A stretch of 63,907 nucleotides of DNA, counting the filler, from Folioceros fuciformis (Eukaryota), in the NCBI GenBank assembly GCA_049999805.1. It is 9 parts of 9 records of this genome, joined end to end, with 100 filler letters (N's around TTAATTAATTAA, not from the genome) between each part and the next. Parts side by side here need not be neighbours in the genome. Positions count along the whole stretch, not along the records: positions 24,459 to 29,171 come from JBNGIO010002133.1; positions 29,272 to 32,103 come from JBNGIO010002135.1; positions 32,204 to 34,333 come from JBNGIO010002136.1; positions 34,434 to 57,319 come from JBNGIO010002137.1; 5 more parts are not named here. One strand, written 5' to 3'. Below are positions 25,515 through 37,753 of this stretch, piece by piece. Made by a program: the position numbers and the translations under genes. The first letter of the stretch is position 1. Every line of letters starts with the position of its first letter. The notes beneath the pieces are model-generated. The model was given only the letters and a program-made list of their open reading frames with translations. It had not been told where the DNA came from and did not search any database.

Positions 25515-27610
25515 TTACCATCTCCAATTGTGTCTTACATACTGGTGCCACCAAGGGGTTACTAGGCAACACAATGTGTGGAGCTTCTTGATCCTACTTC
25601 CAAAAAGCCATAGCCAAGTTGTTGGTATCACTACTTTCAGCAACATACTCTCTGTTTGTTCTTCCATTTTGCCTAGCTGCTGCTGCACCATCCTTGTATA
25701 TTCCAAGGACTTGTTGAACTTTCACCACATGCTTGCAGATGAAACCTTTGTTCCCTATTGGACATGAGCATGTAGCCCAAGGAGAGTAAGCATGTTCAAT
25801 CACATACCACAAGTTAGGGGTTGATGAAGACAAATAATGTGTAGCAACATTTTCGGCATGTAGTAAAATAATTGAGCTAATAGGAATAGTTTCTGCACCC
25901 TTCATAGCGGTTTCCTCTAAAGCCTCCAACTTCTTGTTATGCCTGTACCCCCTTCTTTCGTGAAGTGCCAGTACCAATAATGTCAGGCTACCACATTCAC
26001 TAATTAGTGTAGGAACCAGTCTAGTCTACGGCTAGGCAAACTTGACTTGCTAAATGCTGCACATGTTTTTATAAATATATGGAATCCTTCCACAGCCAAA
26101 ATTGTATGTTGCCCTACATGAGACAGCATTCTAGCATTACATTACCACACATCTATAGTCTCTGCCCATTGGACCTTCATATATCTCACAAAGTCTCCTT
26201 CAGTTGTTCCCCACTTGTCATAAAACTTGTGTAGCATACTTCTTCTTATGGAAACACACTGTGAAGATGTGTTTGCCCCTGTAACATACATAATATCCCT
26301 TGGCTTTGCCCATATTGAAATTCGATTACTTTGTAAGTGCACTTTCTTCAATAAAATTCCGTCTCCACGCTTTCCGCAGATGCCACAAGCATAATAATAT
26401 AGGCATATTATGATTCAACACTAAGCGAATAGCAAAAATCTCTACCTGACAATCATTAACAAGGAATGAACTAGGTGTCCAATCCTTGTTGATCTTTTCA
26501 ACCTTCTTCCGTAAAGTTGAAAGCCACCTGACAAGTGACTCAGTAGTAGCATCTTTTGTAATAGCCCATGCTACTGGTACACCATTCAAGTAATAGTCAA
26601 AACCCATCACAGTGAATAAGTGGTAGCAATACTTGTTCAACCCAAAAGTTGCATCCATAGCTAGCACATTATCATTCCCATAAAGCAACATGCAATTTAA
26701 CATAAAAGGAGTTTGAATACCCAAAGCGAAAGGTTGATTCTTGCTTGATTAGTGGAAGACTATAAACGCATTTTGCTCCAACCATAAGGACTCTGATTCG
26801 ACATCATTTGAGGCTAGCTTCCATTCACCAACTTCAACTTGTGTAAGTATATTGAGAACTGTTAGAAATCAAGTTCTAACTGAATTGTTATTAAGAGCAT
26901 ACAACACTTAGGATAGTGTAGATTATCCCATATTGAACTTATAGTTATCTACCACCTAAGTGTTATATGCTCTTAATAACAATTCAGTTAGAGCTTGATT
27001 TCTAACAAGAACATCATATCTTTGCATATAATCATCTCTTACTAGCTCATATACCTCTATCTGATTGTTGATTCGAGCATACAATGCATCTTGATGCCGA
27101 CGCATCATTTCATCAACAGGAACTTCGCAACATAGGCAATGCCTGATCCAATCCTTCCTTTCCTATGAAAGCCATGCTGGTCTGACATCACGGGGTAAGC
27201 CTTCGTACCCAGGTCCATAACATATAGCATTTGAAAGGTCAATATGCCTGTTCAAAAAGACCAATCTCACCCTAAAATTTGCTTGGCAACCATGTTTGAC
27301 ACTCTCTCCACGGAGAACCTTACACTTAGTTGTATTAGCACCACGTGACACTCCCACCTCCTTTTGGCGAAAGTCTTCCGGGCTGGAAGAACACCAATAC
27401 CTTCAAGGCACCCTCACAATGTTAATGCCTCCCTAAGTAATAAAACAATTTGCATATTTCAAACCTTCTTACCTAACATATGAGGCAGCTGTATGCACTT
27501 TCGGTACTACGGGGCAAGGTAAACTCCACGGCCCCTTAGAATCCTTCTTGTAGAAATTCGTAGGATGGGAACTTATAGCACTCATTCCCCCAATAAAGTC
27601 TCTCACTCTA
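25515..27610 (-). pseudogene. Degenerate MULE-type transposase / SWIM zinc-finger gene
   Basis: YWCSSSPEDF, KHGCQANF, PFALGIQT, MULE core AMDATFGLNKY...VPVAWAI...LCLWHLRKAW, SWIM CSC...CKH. One intron at about 27401-27472, plus stops and frameshifts. Confidence 0.85.
26860..27007. mobile_element. 148-bp fold-back (MITE-like) insertion with 53-bp TIRs, TGT...ACA termini and 5-bp TSD
   Basis: Arms 26860-26912 and 26955-27007 are reverse complements with 2 mismatches. TSD AGAAC at 26855-26859 and 27008-27012. Confidence 0.93.
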
Positions 27611-29171
27611 GAAAAGAGTATGTGAGCCACCTTCACATGTTTTTTGCTGCCCTAGTGCCCTCGAATGGTCATATTGACAAGAAACCCAGTTTAGGTCAGT
27701 ATGGTTAAATAACCCTAATTTGGGAAGTTGCACCACAAAAGGTGTGTTAGTTGGTAACTTTTCTAAATTAATACAAGAACTCAAATCCATATTATTATCC
27801 GTAAATCACATTCCCCTATCCCAAAGAGAAAAAAACCCTAACTATAACCATAATCTCAACCTTTAACCAAAATCCCTATCCCTAATCACAAGAGCGCTTG
27901 AAAGCAAAGATTGAACAAGATTCACTGCTATGCAAATGAAGGGAGTTCACATATCATAAGCTTGTGAGACAGGGTGCACTTGGAGCCTTAAACAAGCATT
28001 ACTAGTAACGTGTAAGCAGGTAGGGACAAGCGGCTTTCTCATGTCCCGTGTTGGTGGCATGTAGTACACTGGCGCTAAAAATTTTGGCCATCTATTCGGA
28101 TTATGCATGACTCAGCATAGCACGGTGATGTTCAAGGACATAAAGAGGTACATGTCGTGGCCCTAAAGGGCCGTGTAGACACACGTGCCGTCCTTAATGG
28201 CCATTAGGTATTTATTTGCAAGCCTTCTCAACAACTGAGTAAAATACCATCCTTATTGAGACTATTAATTTTGTACACCCAATACCACGTATAGTGTCTC
28301 CAATCAATGACGTCTCACATGTCTTGTTTAGGGATTAGCATTCCGTTTGCACTCTTGTTCAGATGTCATGTTCACTGAAGTGCCTCTAGTTTGTGGATCA
28401 TTGAAGTGGGTGGCATCAAGGGAATCTCGGGTAGTTAGCGGGCTGCATCAAGTGAATCTCAGGTACATTGGTATGCACTCCATGTTCTTGTTCATGGACT
28501 CCATTTACCATAGTGGACACAATGATTTTGTTCTCAATGTCCTTTCAAAGAGTGGACGAGCACAATACAAGGTTAGGGTTTCAAATATCACCCGTTTTCT
28601 GGGTGCCTTACCATGCCCCATTTTTTTTGGTATTTACTATTTTATAATCCCTGTACACTTGGGTATTCACTACTTTATAATACTCATACATATGGGTATT
28701 CACTTTTCTTCACTACTTATAATAGGTAACCATTAAAAAGGATATATAAACATAATATCTGTGTACCTTAAACTCTATATTTTATATAGAGTTCAAGATA
28801 CATACCATGCACACCACCTCCTCAAGAACTTGAGTACTTCCTTGTGTTTTTTAATAACTTACCAAAAAGAGTGGCACATGGGCGGCTGGGGGGGGGGGGG
28901 AGGAGAGAGAGTGGGAGCATTGTGGTATTCGTGGTGGGGCCGCAATCTGTAGCGGGACGTGTGTTGCCGAAGAGGCCGTCATTGACGGGGTATACGTGTT
29001 CACACATAACCCCTCCCTTTTTTTATTCGGCCATCTTCTTCATTATTTTAATTGTTTTATTATTTGTCTATGGATCATGCTCCCTTCCGTATTCCACCGA
29101 CGTCCCTACTACTTTAATGAACCTCACCTGGAGGTATGAACAACATCCACCCCGAGGCATCATTATTAGTC

Positions 29172-29271
29172 NNNNNNNNNNNNNNNNNNNNNNNNNNNNN
29201 NNNNNNNNNNNNNNNTTAATTAATTAANNNNNNNNNNNNNNNNNNNNNNNNNNNNNNNNNNNNNNNNNNNN
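29172..29271. other. Artificial contig spacer
   Basis: N44-TTAATTAATTAA-N44. Confidence 0.97.
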
Positions 29272-32103
29272 GGAAGTTGTGTAGCCCTAAATGTACTACT
29301 TAAATGGAGACCTCGGACTTCCATAGTAAGACAGTGGTGATGTGTATTGTTTTCATAGTTGTGATCACCAATACCACCCTCTCTTCTCTCCTCTCCTCTC
29401 CTACACTTGCACGTAGATTGGAGTCGATCCTATTGACAATGGATCGCGCAAATAAGCCTCCTTAATCTGCGTGTGAGTGTTCTTTGGCTCAATCACTATC
29501 TGTGTTGCAGCTAGCTTAGGATTCTTCAGCTTAAAAACAGATGTTAAACTCAACTCTTGCTTGCGACTGAGAGCATCTGCCACGAGATTTTCCTTCCCTG
29601 GCTTGTACTTAGTCTCCACATCATACATCGCTAGGAAATCTTGCCATCTAGCTTGTCTAGCATTTAGTCGCAGCTGATTAGAAAAGAAACTTGTACTTAC
29701 ATTATCTGTGTACAGCACAAAAGATCTTCCAAGAAGATAGTGTCTCCAAATCTTGAGACGGCTGTCATCTCCTTCTCATATGTAGAGTATTTCCTCTCAT
29801 GTTCATGCAACTTTCTTGATTCGTAAGCCACTAGCCTACCTTCTTGCATAAGCACTCCTCCAATAGGTGTATCTGACGCATCAGTATACACTTCTATATC
29901 TTTCTTTGGATCATAGATTGCTAATACTGGGGTAGTGCTGAGTTTCAACTTGAGAAACTCAAATGCCCTTTGACATTCCTCATCCCACTTCCAAGTCTTG
30001 AGATTCTTCAAGAGATCAATTAATGGGGCAGCAATTTTGGCAAACATTGGTACAAATCTTCTGTACACGCTAGCCAATCCTAAAAACATATGCACTTCAT
30101 GCACATTGCTTGGCGGCAACCAACTTTGTATGGCTTTTACCTTATCAGGATCCATCCTGATTCCATCAGCAGAGACAATGAATCCAAGGAAGTCTATTTC
30201 TTCCTTAACAAAGTCACACTTTGTTATAGCTAAGAACAAAGAATTTGCCCTTAACCTTTCCAACACTTTCCTCAAGTGTTGGACATGCTCCTCTAAGGTA
30301 GAACTGAATATCAAAATGTCATCCAAATAGATTACAACACACTCATCCAACAGATCTCTGAATATACTATTCATGAGAGTCTGAAATGTGGCTGGTGCAT
30401 TAGTGAGTCCAAATGGCATGACTAGAAATTCAAAAGATCCATACCTTGTCCTACAAGCAGTTTTGTATTCATGTCCTTTTGCGATGCGAATCTGGTAATA
30501 ACCAGCCATCAAATCCAGTTTGGTAAAATACTTAGCACCTTTCAACTTGTCAAACATATCATCCATCCTTGGCAAAGGATAGGAATTTTTTACTGTTATC
30601 TGGTTGAGTGCTCTGTAATCCAAGCATAACCTTAATCCTCCATTCTTCTTTCGCGTAAACAATACTGGCGCACCAAATGGGGATTTTGAGACTCTAACAT
30701 AGCCCTTGGCTAACAAGTTAGACATTTGTCTCTTCAACTCTTGAAGCTCATCTAACGACAATCTATATGGCGCTCTTGATGGCGGTACACTTCCTGGCTT
30801 TAGATCAATTTCATGATCTACAACTCTCCGTTGAGGTAAAGGAGGTAAATCAGTAGGCATCAAGTCTTTAAACTCGTCTAAGACAGCCTGTATCTCCTTT
30901 GGAATCTTTGGTTGCTTCTGAGATTCTATCTCAAGACCATCTTCTAGTCCTTGCAACACTAACAAATAGAGTTCCTCACCATTTTTGACACAACGCTTGA
31001 GCACTTTGTTAGAGATGACTTCATCAATCTTGTGCCCAAGCTGATGCTCAAGAACTGTACAACTCACTTTGTGCTTTTCATCTCCTACGATCTGTATGGT
31101 GCGTGAGTCCACGTCTACACATACCTTATTGGCCTTCATCCATTCTAAGCCCAAGATGATTTCATGATCATCCATATCTACAACTGTGAAGCTTGCTTGT
31201 CCTGTCCAATTGCCTATCTGCAAAGGAATTTTTTCTAGCTGTCCTAAGAACTGCAGCTTTCCTTTTGCTTGTTTCACTGTACATGGCTCTGAGGTACTAG
31301 CCCATGTCAAACCACGCTTACTTGCTCTGCCAGGAAAAATGAAATTATGTGTTGCTGCTAGATCAAGCAACATCTTCGCTTCTTCACGATTCACACATTT
31401 TTCTATATACATGAGCTCTCCACCTGCCCTATGAATAATGCTGTCCTCAGTATCTTCAGACTCACCACATGTAGCCTGTGCAACATGTGGCCAATCCCAT
31501 CATTTGGGATTTTCATATTTGGATACTTCTGTAATCCTGAGTCTTTGGGGCTGTGGGTTGTCTTGAACAACATTCAAAGTTTCTTGAGTATTGGGGCATT
31601 CATTCGCGTAATATCCCAGCTCTCCACAAGCAAAATAAACTCCTTTCCGAGAACCCATTGTCAATGTTCTCTGAGGTCCGCGCCCCCTGCGCACTCCTCG
31701 ATTTCTCCCATGGAAGCTCGGATTGGAGTTGCCTTTTGCAACTGTACTCCTTTCATTATCCTTGGGAGTCCCTCTTGCAACATTGTTGGAAGAAACCCTA
31801 GTCTGCATGTACCGTCCACGGGTATTACCTCGAAATCTTCTTATGGAGTTGGATGTGTTGGAATGAAAGGTATCTGGGATAACATCTGCTGCTGTTATGG
31901 CCTCTACCAAGGTCATTGGACTATACAACTCAATTCTGTTAGCAGCCCAATCCTTCAAACCAACCATGAAGTGATGTAGTTTGTCAACTTCACTCATTGA
32001 AGTACAATGCATAACAGCTTCACTGAATGCACTTACATATTCTCATACAGTACCTGTCTGCTTTATATTATCAAGCAGCTGCCGGCTCAAGCGTAAAGCA
32101 TTC
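29272..32103 (-). mobile_element. Partial Ty3/gypsy retrotransposon (gag, protease, RT, RNase H)
   Basis: Gag LHHFMVGLK with degenerate knuckle FACGELGYYANEC, protease [23 protein letters not shown]...[13 protein letters not shown]...YLDD, RNase H TDASD...YESRKL...ADALSR. Frameshifts present. Confidence 0.95.
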
Positions 32104-32203
32104 NNNNNNNNNNNNNNNNNNNNNNNNNNNNNNNNNNNNNNNNNNNNTTAATTAATTAANNNNNNNNNNNNNNNNNNNNNNNNNNNNNNNNNNNNNNNNN
32201 NNN
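32104..32203. other. Artificial contig spacer
   Basis: N44-TTAATTAATTAA-N44. Confidence 0.97.
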
Positions 32204-34333
32204 GAGAACACCCATTACCTGCAAGTGGGTATTCAAGCGCAAGTTAAATCAAGATGGCAGCACTGCTCGTTTTAAAGCAAGGTTAGTGGTTTGAGGGTTC
32301 TCACAACGAGAAGGCCTTGACTATAATGAGATTTTCTCTCCAGTCGTGAAGTCTATTTCAGTAAGGGCTCTGCTGGCCGTTGCTGCACAAATGAAGATGC
32401 AAGTACACCAAATGGACGTGCAAACTGCCTTTCTAAATGGTATCCTGGAAGAAGAGGTGTACATGGAGCAGCCCGAGGGCTACATCAGTAAAACACATCC
32501 AAATCATTTCTGCAAGCTACAGAAAACTCTGTACGGCTTGAAGCAGTCACCAAGAGCCTGGTACAATCGCATCCATCAGTATTTGATCAAGTCAGATTTC
32601 GTGCAATCTCCAGCAGATGGAAATGTCTATATCTTGAGAGAAGCGGATGCGGTTGCTTACCTTGCCTTGTACGTTGATGATACGCTGATTTTCGCAAGTG
32701 CACCAAAGATAATGCAGAGAGTGAAGGACATTTTGTCCTCAGAATTCAAAATGACAGATCTGGGCATGGTCAAATTCTTTTTGGGAGTGCAGGCAGTCGT
32801 CAACCTTGTTGACTCCAGCATTTTCATCCACCAAGAGCATTACGTGTATAGACTCCTAGACAAGTTTGGAATGAAGGATTGCAAGCCTGTTAGCACACCT
32901 CTCGCAGTGGGAGATTTTTCTTCAGTGGACCAAGCACGTGCAACTGACAAAGAGAGGCAGGAGATGTCAGGCATACCTTATGGAGAGCTAGCAGGATGCC
33001 TAGTCTGGCTGAGTGGATGGACAAGACCGGAGCTCGCCCTCTCTTCTCACAACATCTCTAAGCATATTGCAAATCCTGGACAACAACACTGGACGAGGGC
33101 GAAGAGGGCTCTGCGATACCTGAAGTTGCATCCCAAGCTCGGTCTCCTCTACAAGCATCAGCCAGGCAAGATCCCACCTTCCTTAAGTTGCTTTACTGAT
33201 GCGGACTGGGTAGGCGACAAGGATACCCGCAAATCTGTCACAGCGCACTGCTTGATCTTGAGTGGGAGCACAATCTCTTGGGCATGTAAAAGACAGCAGA
33301 TTGTGGCACTGTCTTCTACCGAGGTAGAGTACATAGCAGCAACCTCGGCCACACAAGAAGTAATACATGCAAGAGCTCGGTTGGACTCCATCGGCATGAA
33401 ACAACTTGAGCCAACAATCATCTTCTGTGACAATCAGTCCGCCATCGCCTTGTCTCGGAATCCGGTTATGCACGCACGCACAAGGCACATAGACGTTAGA
33501 TTTCATTTTATTAGGCAAGCAATAGCAGAAAGACAGATCTATCTAGAGTATATTCCTACAGATGAGAACACAGTTGACATATTTACAAAGCCACTCTCAC
33601 GAGATAAACACGACAAGCACTGCACCGGCCTCGGCCTCACGGACACACCAATCACTACTCAGGTAGGCACCTCACCGGGGTAGCTGCACAAAGGGATGGG
33701 TGCACGCTGTTTGTTTTGCAGGGAATCAAGCTCACTCAGGTTCCTCGCGGAACCATGGGGAGTAACGAAGTGTCAAGCTGCCATCCCGGCCGATCTCTGC
33801 TTGCTCCATCAACATGTTCAACTCCGGACATTGAGAAGACGTAGGGAGGCGCTGCAAGCCCTCAAGCTCAGGGGGATAAGACCCCTGGACTCTCTCAACC
33901 TGCTATGGAGCACGCGAAGACGGCGGAGAATCTCGTCTTCACTCAGGCAATCTGAAGAAGGACGGCGGCGGCGTGGCGTGGAGCATGCTCTCTCGAGCTC
34001 TGCTATGAGCACAGCAGCAAGCAGCAGGCAGGCCATCCTGACTCAAATCGCAGAAACCTGGCCAAGATTCATCCTTCCTGCCGGCGGCTGGTGCCGGGCG
34101 TAAAGTGTCGAGTAAGTGGGAGTGTTAGAAAGGGGAACCCTAATCCCCTTATAAATACTCGAACACTTGATGGTTTTTTAGGGTTTAATAAGCATGATAT
34201 GAAACGGTGCCCTAACTTTATGGGCAGGTGGCAAACGGCCAACTGCCATAACGAACTCTTGTTCACGCGACCACAAAAGGTCGACATACACAACGCATTA
34301 GATACCTTTTCTTTCCTCTCACGCGCCTCGTCT
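32204..34333 (+). mobile_element. 3' part of a Ty1/copia element: RT-RNase H (to 33683), PPT, and start of 3' LTR at 34123
   Basis: HQMDVQTAFLNG, LYGLKQSPRAW, LYVDD, TDADW, RTRHIDVRFH, VDIFTK. AGTAAGTGGGAG is followed by TGTTAGAAAGG. Confidence 0.93.
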
Positions 34334-34433
34334 NNNNNNNNNNNNNNNNNNNNNNNNNNNNNNNNNNNNNNNNNNNNTTAATTAATTAANNNNNNNNNNN
34401 NNNNNNNNNNNNNNNNNNNNNNNNNNNNNNNNN
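34334..34433. other. Artificial contig spacer
   Basis: N44-TTAATTAATTAA-N44. Confidence 0.97.
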
Positions 34434-34437
34434 GTGA

Positions 34438-34497
34438 TTCTCTGCTAAGCATTGAGCAATTGCTATCTAAACATCTTCTGCCCTGCTTTGGGATCCC
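34438..34497 (+). repeat. Dispersed direct repeat A (copy of about 38284-38341)
   Basis: Shared GCATTGAGCAATTGCTATCTAAACATCTT...CCTGCTTTGGG. Confidence 0.85.
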
Positions 34498-35061
34498 ATC
34501 AAGCTAATGCAAAAATTGCAAAAGGATTCAACTCACAACTCCTTCGAGCTCTCGTATTGACAAATTCAACCGAATGTGTTATCATGTGAGTTGCTATTTC
34601 ATGGCTACAATAAAATTAGCAACAATGCTCATATGGAAGGAAGCTGCTCAACCGTCACACGATATATGTTGGCCTTATCATGGTGGTCATGCAAAAATGC
34701 AAGTTCATAAGTAGTGCAAGAGGAACATGAACATCCATACTATTAGCTAGACAGGACCCTAGACAAGAAGGGTATGAAAGGGATGTCATCAGTATTCATT
34801 GCAATGTTTTTTACACATAATTGACACCTAATTTGAAGAGTCTTTCCTCATGACAACACATCAAAGTAGACATCATTAACAACACAAGGCTTTGCCACCC
34901 CACAATTGAAGTTTTATATCACTTCGCAGTGAATGAAAACGTACCAAGGTTTCACTCACTCCCAATTGCTCTCCAAAACTCCATGACAAGCTAGACACAT
35001 GTCAGGTAAGGTTGGATCTTTATTTATGAGGTATCTTTAGATTTCTCTTCCTCTACCCAAA

Positions 35062-36111
35062 CTAATTTGGAGGGTCATGAGGAGATGTAGCAACCTCTAA
35101 TATTTTGCGCCCAATATCAGGAGTATGTTGCAACATTTTGCGGCCAAAGAATTCCCTTAGATCATCATTCGAAAAATTTTCAAAATCAAATTCCATACTC
35201 ATAACATCCTCCTTTACTTGAAACATGGGCACTTTGTGATCAAAACCTTCAAAAAATGGATGTTTTAAGGCTTGGCCTGCTGTCAATCTATCTTCTGGAT
35301 AAAACGCAAGTAGTTGCTTAAGTAATGACAAACCTGTCGTATCAACTTTTGCAAACCTAATTTCGAAAGGCGTCATTAATGTCTCAGTTCTTATTCCAAG
35401 AACATCTTCAATTAGTCTTAATTGTTCCTCATTAGTCGTAGCTCCTTGAAATAAAGGTCCTCGTTGCAATATTTCCGCAAAAATGCATCCCACGCTCCAC
35501 ATATCAATTGCTGAAGTATAGGACCTTGGCCCACCTTCTATGCAAAGTTCTGGAGCACGATAAGTTCTAGCCACTATGCTATATGGAACTGGTTGCACCA
35601 CACAAGTTTGCCCTATAGGAATAAACCGACCCCATCCGAAGTCACAAACTTTAAGCACACCTTGGGAATTCAACAACAAATTTGATGGCTTCAAGTCTTG
35701 GTGGAGAACATTTGCTCCATGTAAGTAAGCCACAGCTTGAAGTATTTGGTGCATTAAAGACCGAGCTTTATCAATAGAAAATTGTCTAGTGTTTTCTAAC
35801 TCTTCAGATAGGTCATGGTCCATCAATTCTGTCACAATATAAAGATCACTCAATGTTTTTGTGGGTGCGCACATTACTCTTTCTAGTCTTATGATATGTG
35901 GATGTTGTAAGACTGTAAGCAATGTGATCTCTCGCAAGATGCAAATCCTTGTGCGTCTACTCTGATTGATATGTGTGATTTTCTTAATCGCCACATCTTT
36001 CCCGTTTACCACATCTTTTGCTGCACAAACTTTTCCAAATGTGCCTTCACCTTTTATGCGAGTTATCAGATACCTTTGTTGCTTCCATGACCAAAAATAC
36101 TTCAACTCCAT
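35062..36111 (-). CDS. Intronless, divergent MAP-kinase-like protein (group-D-like, no TxY, HQD catalytic loop)
   Basis: 349-aa open frame with GEGTFGKV, VAIKKI, ILREITLL, HQDLKPSN, DFG, YRAPELC, YTSAIDMWSVGCIFAE and MEFDFE. Confidence 0.85.
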   Translation of the reverse strand: MELKYFWSWKQQRYLITRIKGEGTFGKVCAAKDVVNGKDVAIKKITHINQSRRTRICILREITLLTVLQHPHIIRLERVMCAPTKTLSDLYIVTELMDHDLSEELENTRQFSIDKARSLMHQILQAVAYLHGANVLHQDLKPSNLLLNSQGVLKVCDFGWGRFIPIGQTCVVQPVPYSIVARTYRAPELCIEGGPRSYTSAIDMWSVGCIFAEILQRGPLFQGATTNEEQLRLIEDVLGIRTETLMTPFEIRFAKVDTTGLSLLKQLLAFYPEDRLTAGQALKHPFFEGFDHKVPMFQVKEDVMSMEFDFENFSNDDLREFFGRKMLQHTPDIGRKILEVATSPHDPPN

Positions 36112-36494
36112 TTTTTGATGTCAATACAATCTATAACACCTTCCACAATGAGATAGAAAAAGAGAGAAGCTTGTGCAGCATTAATCTTATAAGGGAGCTT
36201 TGTGTTCTAAACTTAATAGCTCACTCTTATTCTTACTCTCTGCTTACTCCCAATCCAATGCATATGTAGTGGAAGTTGATTGCGTGGCTCTCGACATGTA
36301 AAATCATTAAACTCCTTAAAATTCCTTGGACTTCGAATTTTACGTAACGCTCCTTGGGCTTTGAATTTTTCATACAAGTCCTAGGGCTTCAATTTTAACA
36401 TAGCTGCATGAAATTGGGTATGCTATGTCCGTGGGAGCCGAGCCGCAAGGCATCTCGTGCAAGATACGCCCGGCCTTGAGAAAGCTTCCCACAA

Positions 36495-36629
36495 GGTCAC
36501 CCAATGGCGTGCTGGTGAACGATTTGTGATGTGTGACGTAGGGACTTGGCATTCATGGACCTACTCTCTCGCTTCACTCTTTCCTGTTGGCGTTGCTTTG
36601 GGGAAAAACCTTAGCGGCCGTGTTTTCAT
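36495..36629 (+). repeat. Dispersed direct repeat B (copy of about 38337-38470)
   Basis: GGTCACCCAA...GGCATTC...GGACCT...TGGCGTTGCTTT...CCGTGTTTTCAT shared between the two sites. Confidence 0.85.
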
Positions 36630-36798
36630 GCTCTTCCTTTCCAAAGCAACATTAATCAGAGCAACCTTCGACTAAAAGTGTCTCGTCTTACTTCCTAGAG
36701 CTTGATCACAAATTTTGGCAGGGCTTCTAGCTATAAGGTTTGTGCAACCTTTTCCCCTCTTGCTTTTGTTTTGACTTTGAGAATGAAATAGTGGATAG

Positions 36799-37753
36799 GT
36801 TGGAATCATTGGAGACGTTTGGTCATCCATGTTGGAGAAAGTTGATTTTAGGAAGGAAGCCATCAACATTCAGTCCTTTAGAATATACTTGGAGACAAGG
36901 GGTCTAACCAACCAAGCCAAGGTCATGACAGTATATCCTCATTGCAGTTCACGGTGGATATTAACAATGAATCATTTGTATGGAGTTCCCTTGGTATATT
37001 TGGATGTCATTCGGGCAACTATGGCCAATCTTGAGGCAACGTTAATATCGGCTGTGAATGTTTATACCCATGCATTTTGCTTCTTCCTTGATATAGTTTT
37101 GCATCATTTTATGGGATGAAATTCATCACTCTCTCAAATCCATTTAGCAAACGCAGATTTCGAAGCTTGGTAGCTTATGAGAGCTTTTATGCAAATGTGC
37201 ATGTTGGTAATATGCTAGTGCTGAGAGATGGCCAAGTGGGGTTCATCGACTTTAGTAAACATTTTTATCTCTAATATCTCATCCACAATGTGCCATCGAC
37301 ATCCACAATCCTAAGATTTTGTAGCCTGTCATTCACTTGTAAATGACATTGTGATAGGTAGGGATCATTGGGCACCTTTCACCAACAACGTGAACAACAA
37401 TGGAAGTGTTTTTTACCTCGTTAAGAAGTGGGCAATACAAGGCAATGGTAGCTGCCCTGAATCAAATGGGTGGGTGCCACTGATAAGGAAATGGATCTAG
37501 AAAGCTTTGCCAAAGATCTAGAGAAGATATTCTCAGCAGCCCAAGTGACTAACTACATGTTACAAGATGGTTCTCAAGCCAGTTCGAATTTAGAACAAGT
37601 TTTTGCAGTCCCATAAACTAAATTTTCTCCCAACCTGTCACCTTTGTAGGGCTTGGACACAGACGTGGTGATTAGTACCAGAAGCAGCAAGGCTTCCCGA
37701 ACCACCATGGCTGCTACTATAGCTATGGATGAGCAGGAAGTTAATGCTATGTG
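36799..37753 (+). pseudogene. Intron-containing fragment of an ABC1/aarF atypical kinase (ABC1K9-like)
   Basis: SMLEKVDFRKEA...LYGVPL, then ESFYANVHVGN...GFIDF (HAD degenerated to YAN), GIIGHLSPTT*, FAKDLEKIFS, MDEQEVNAM. Has an internal stop and a frameshift, and lacks both termini. Confidence 0.85.
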
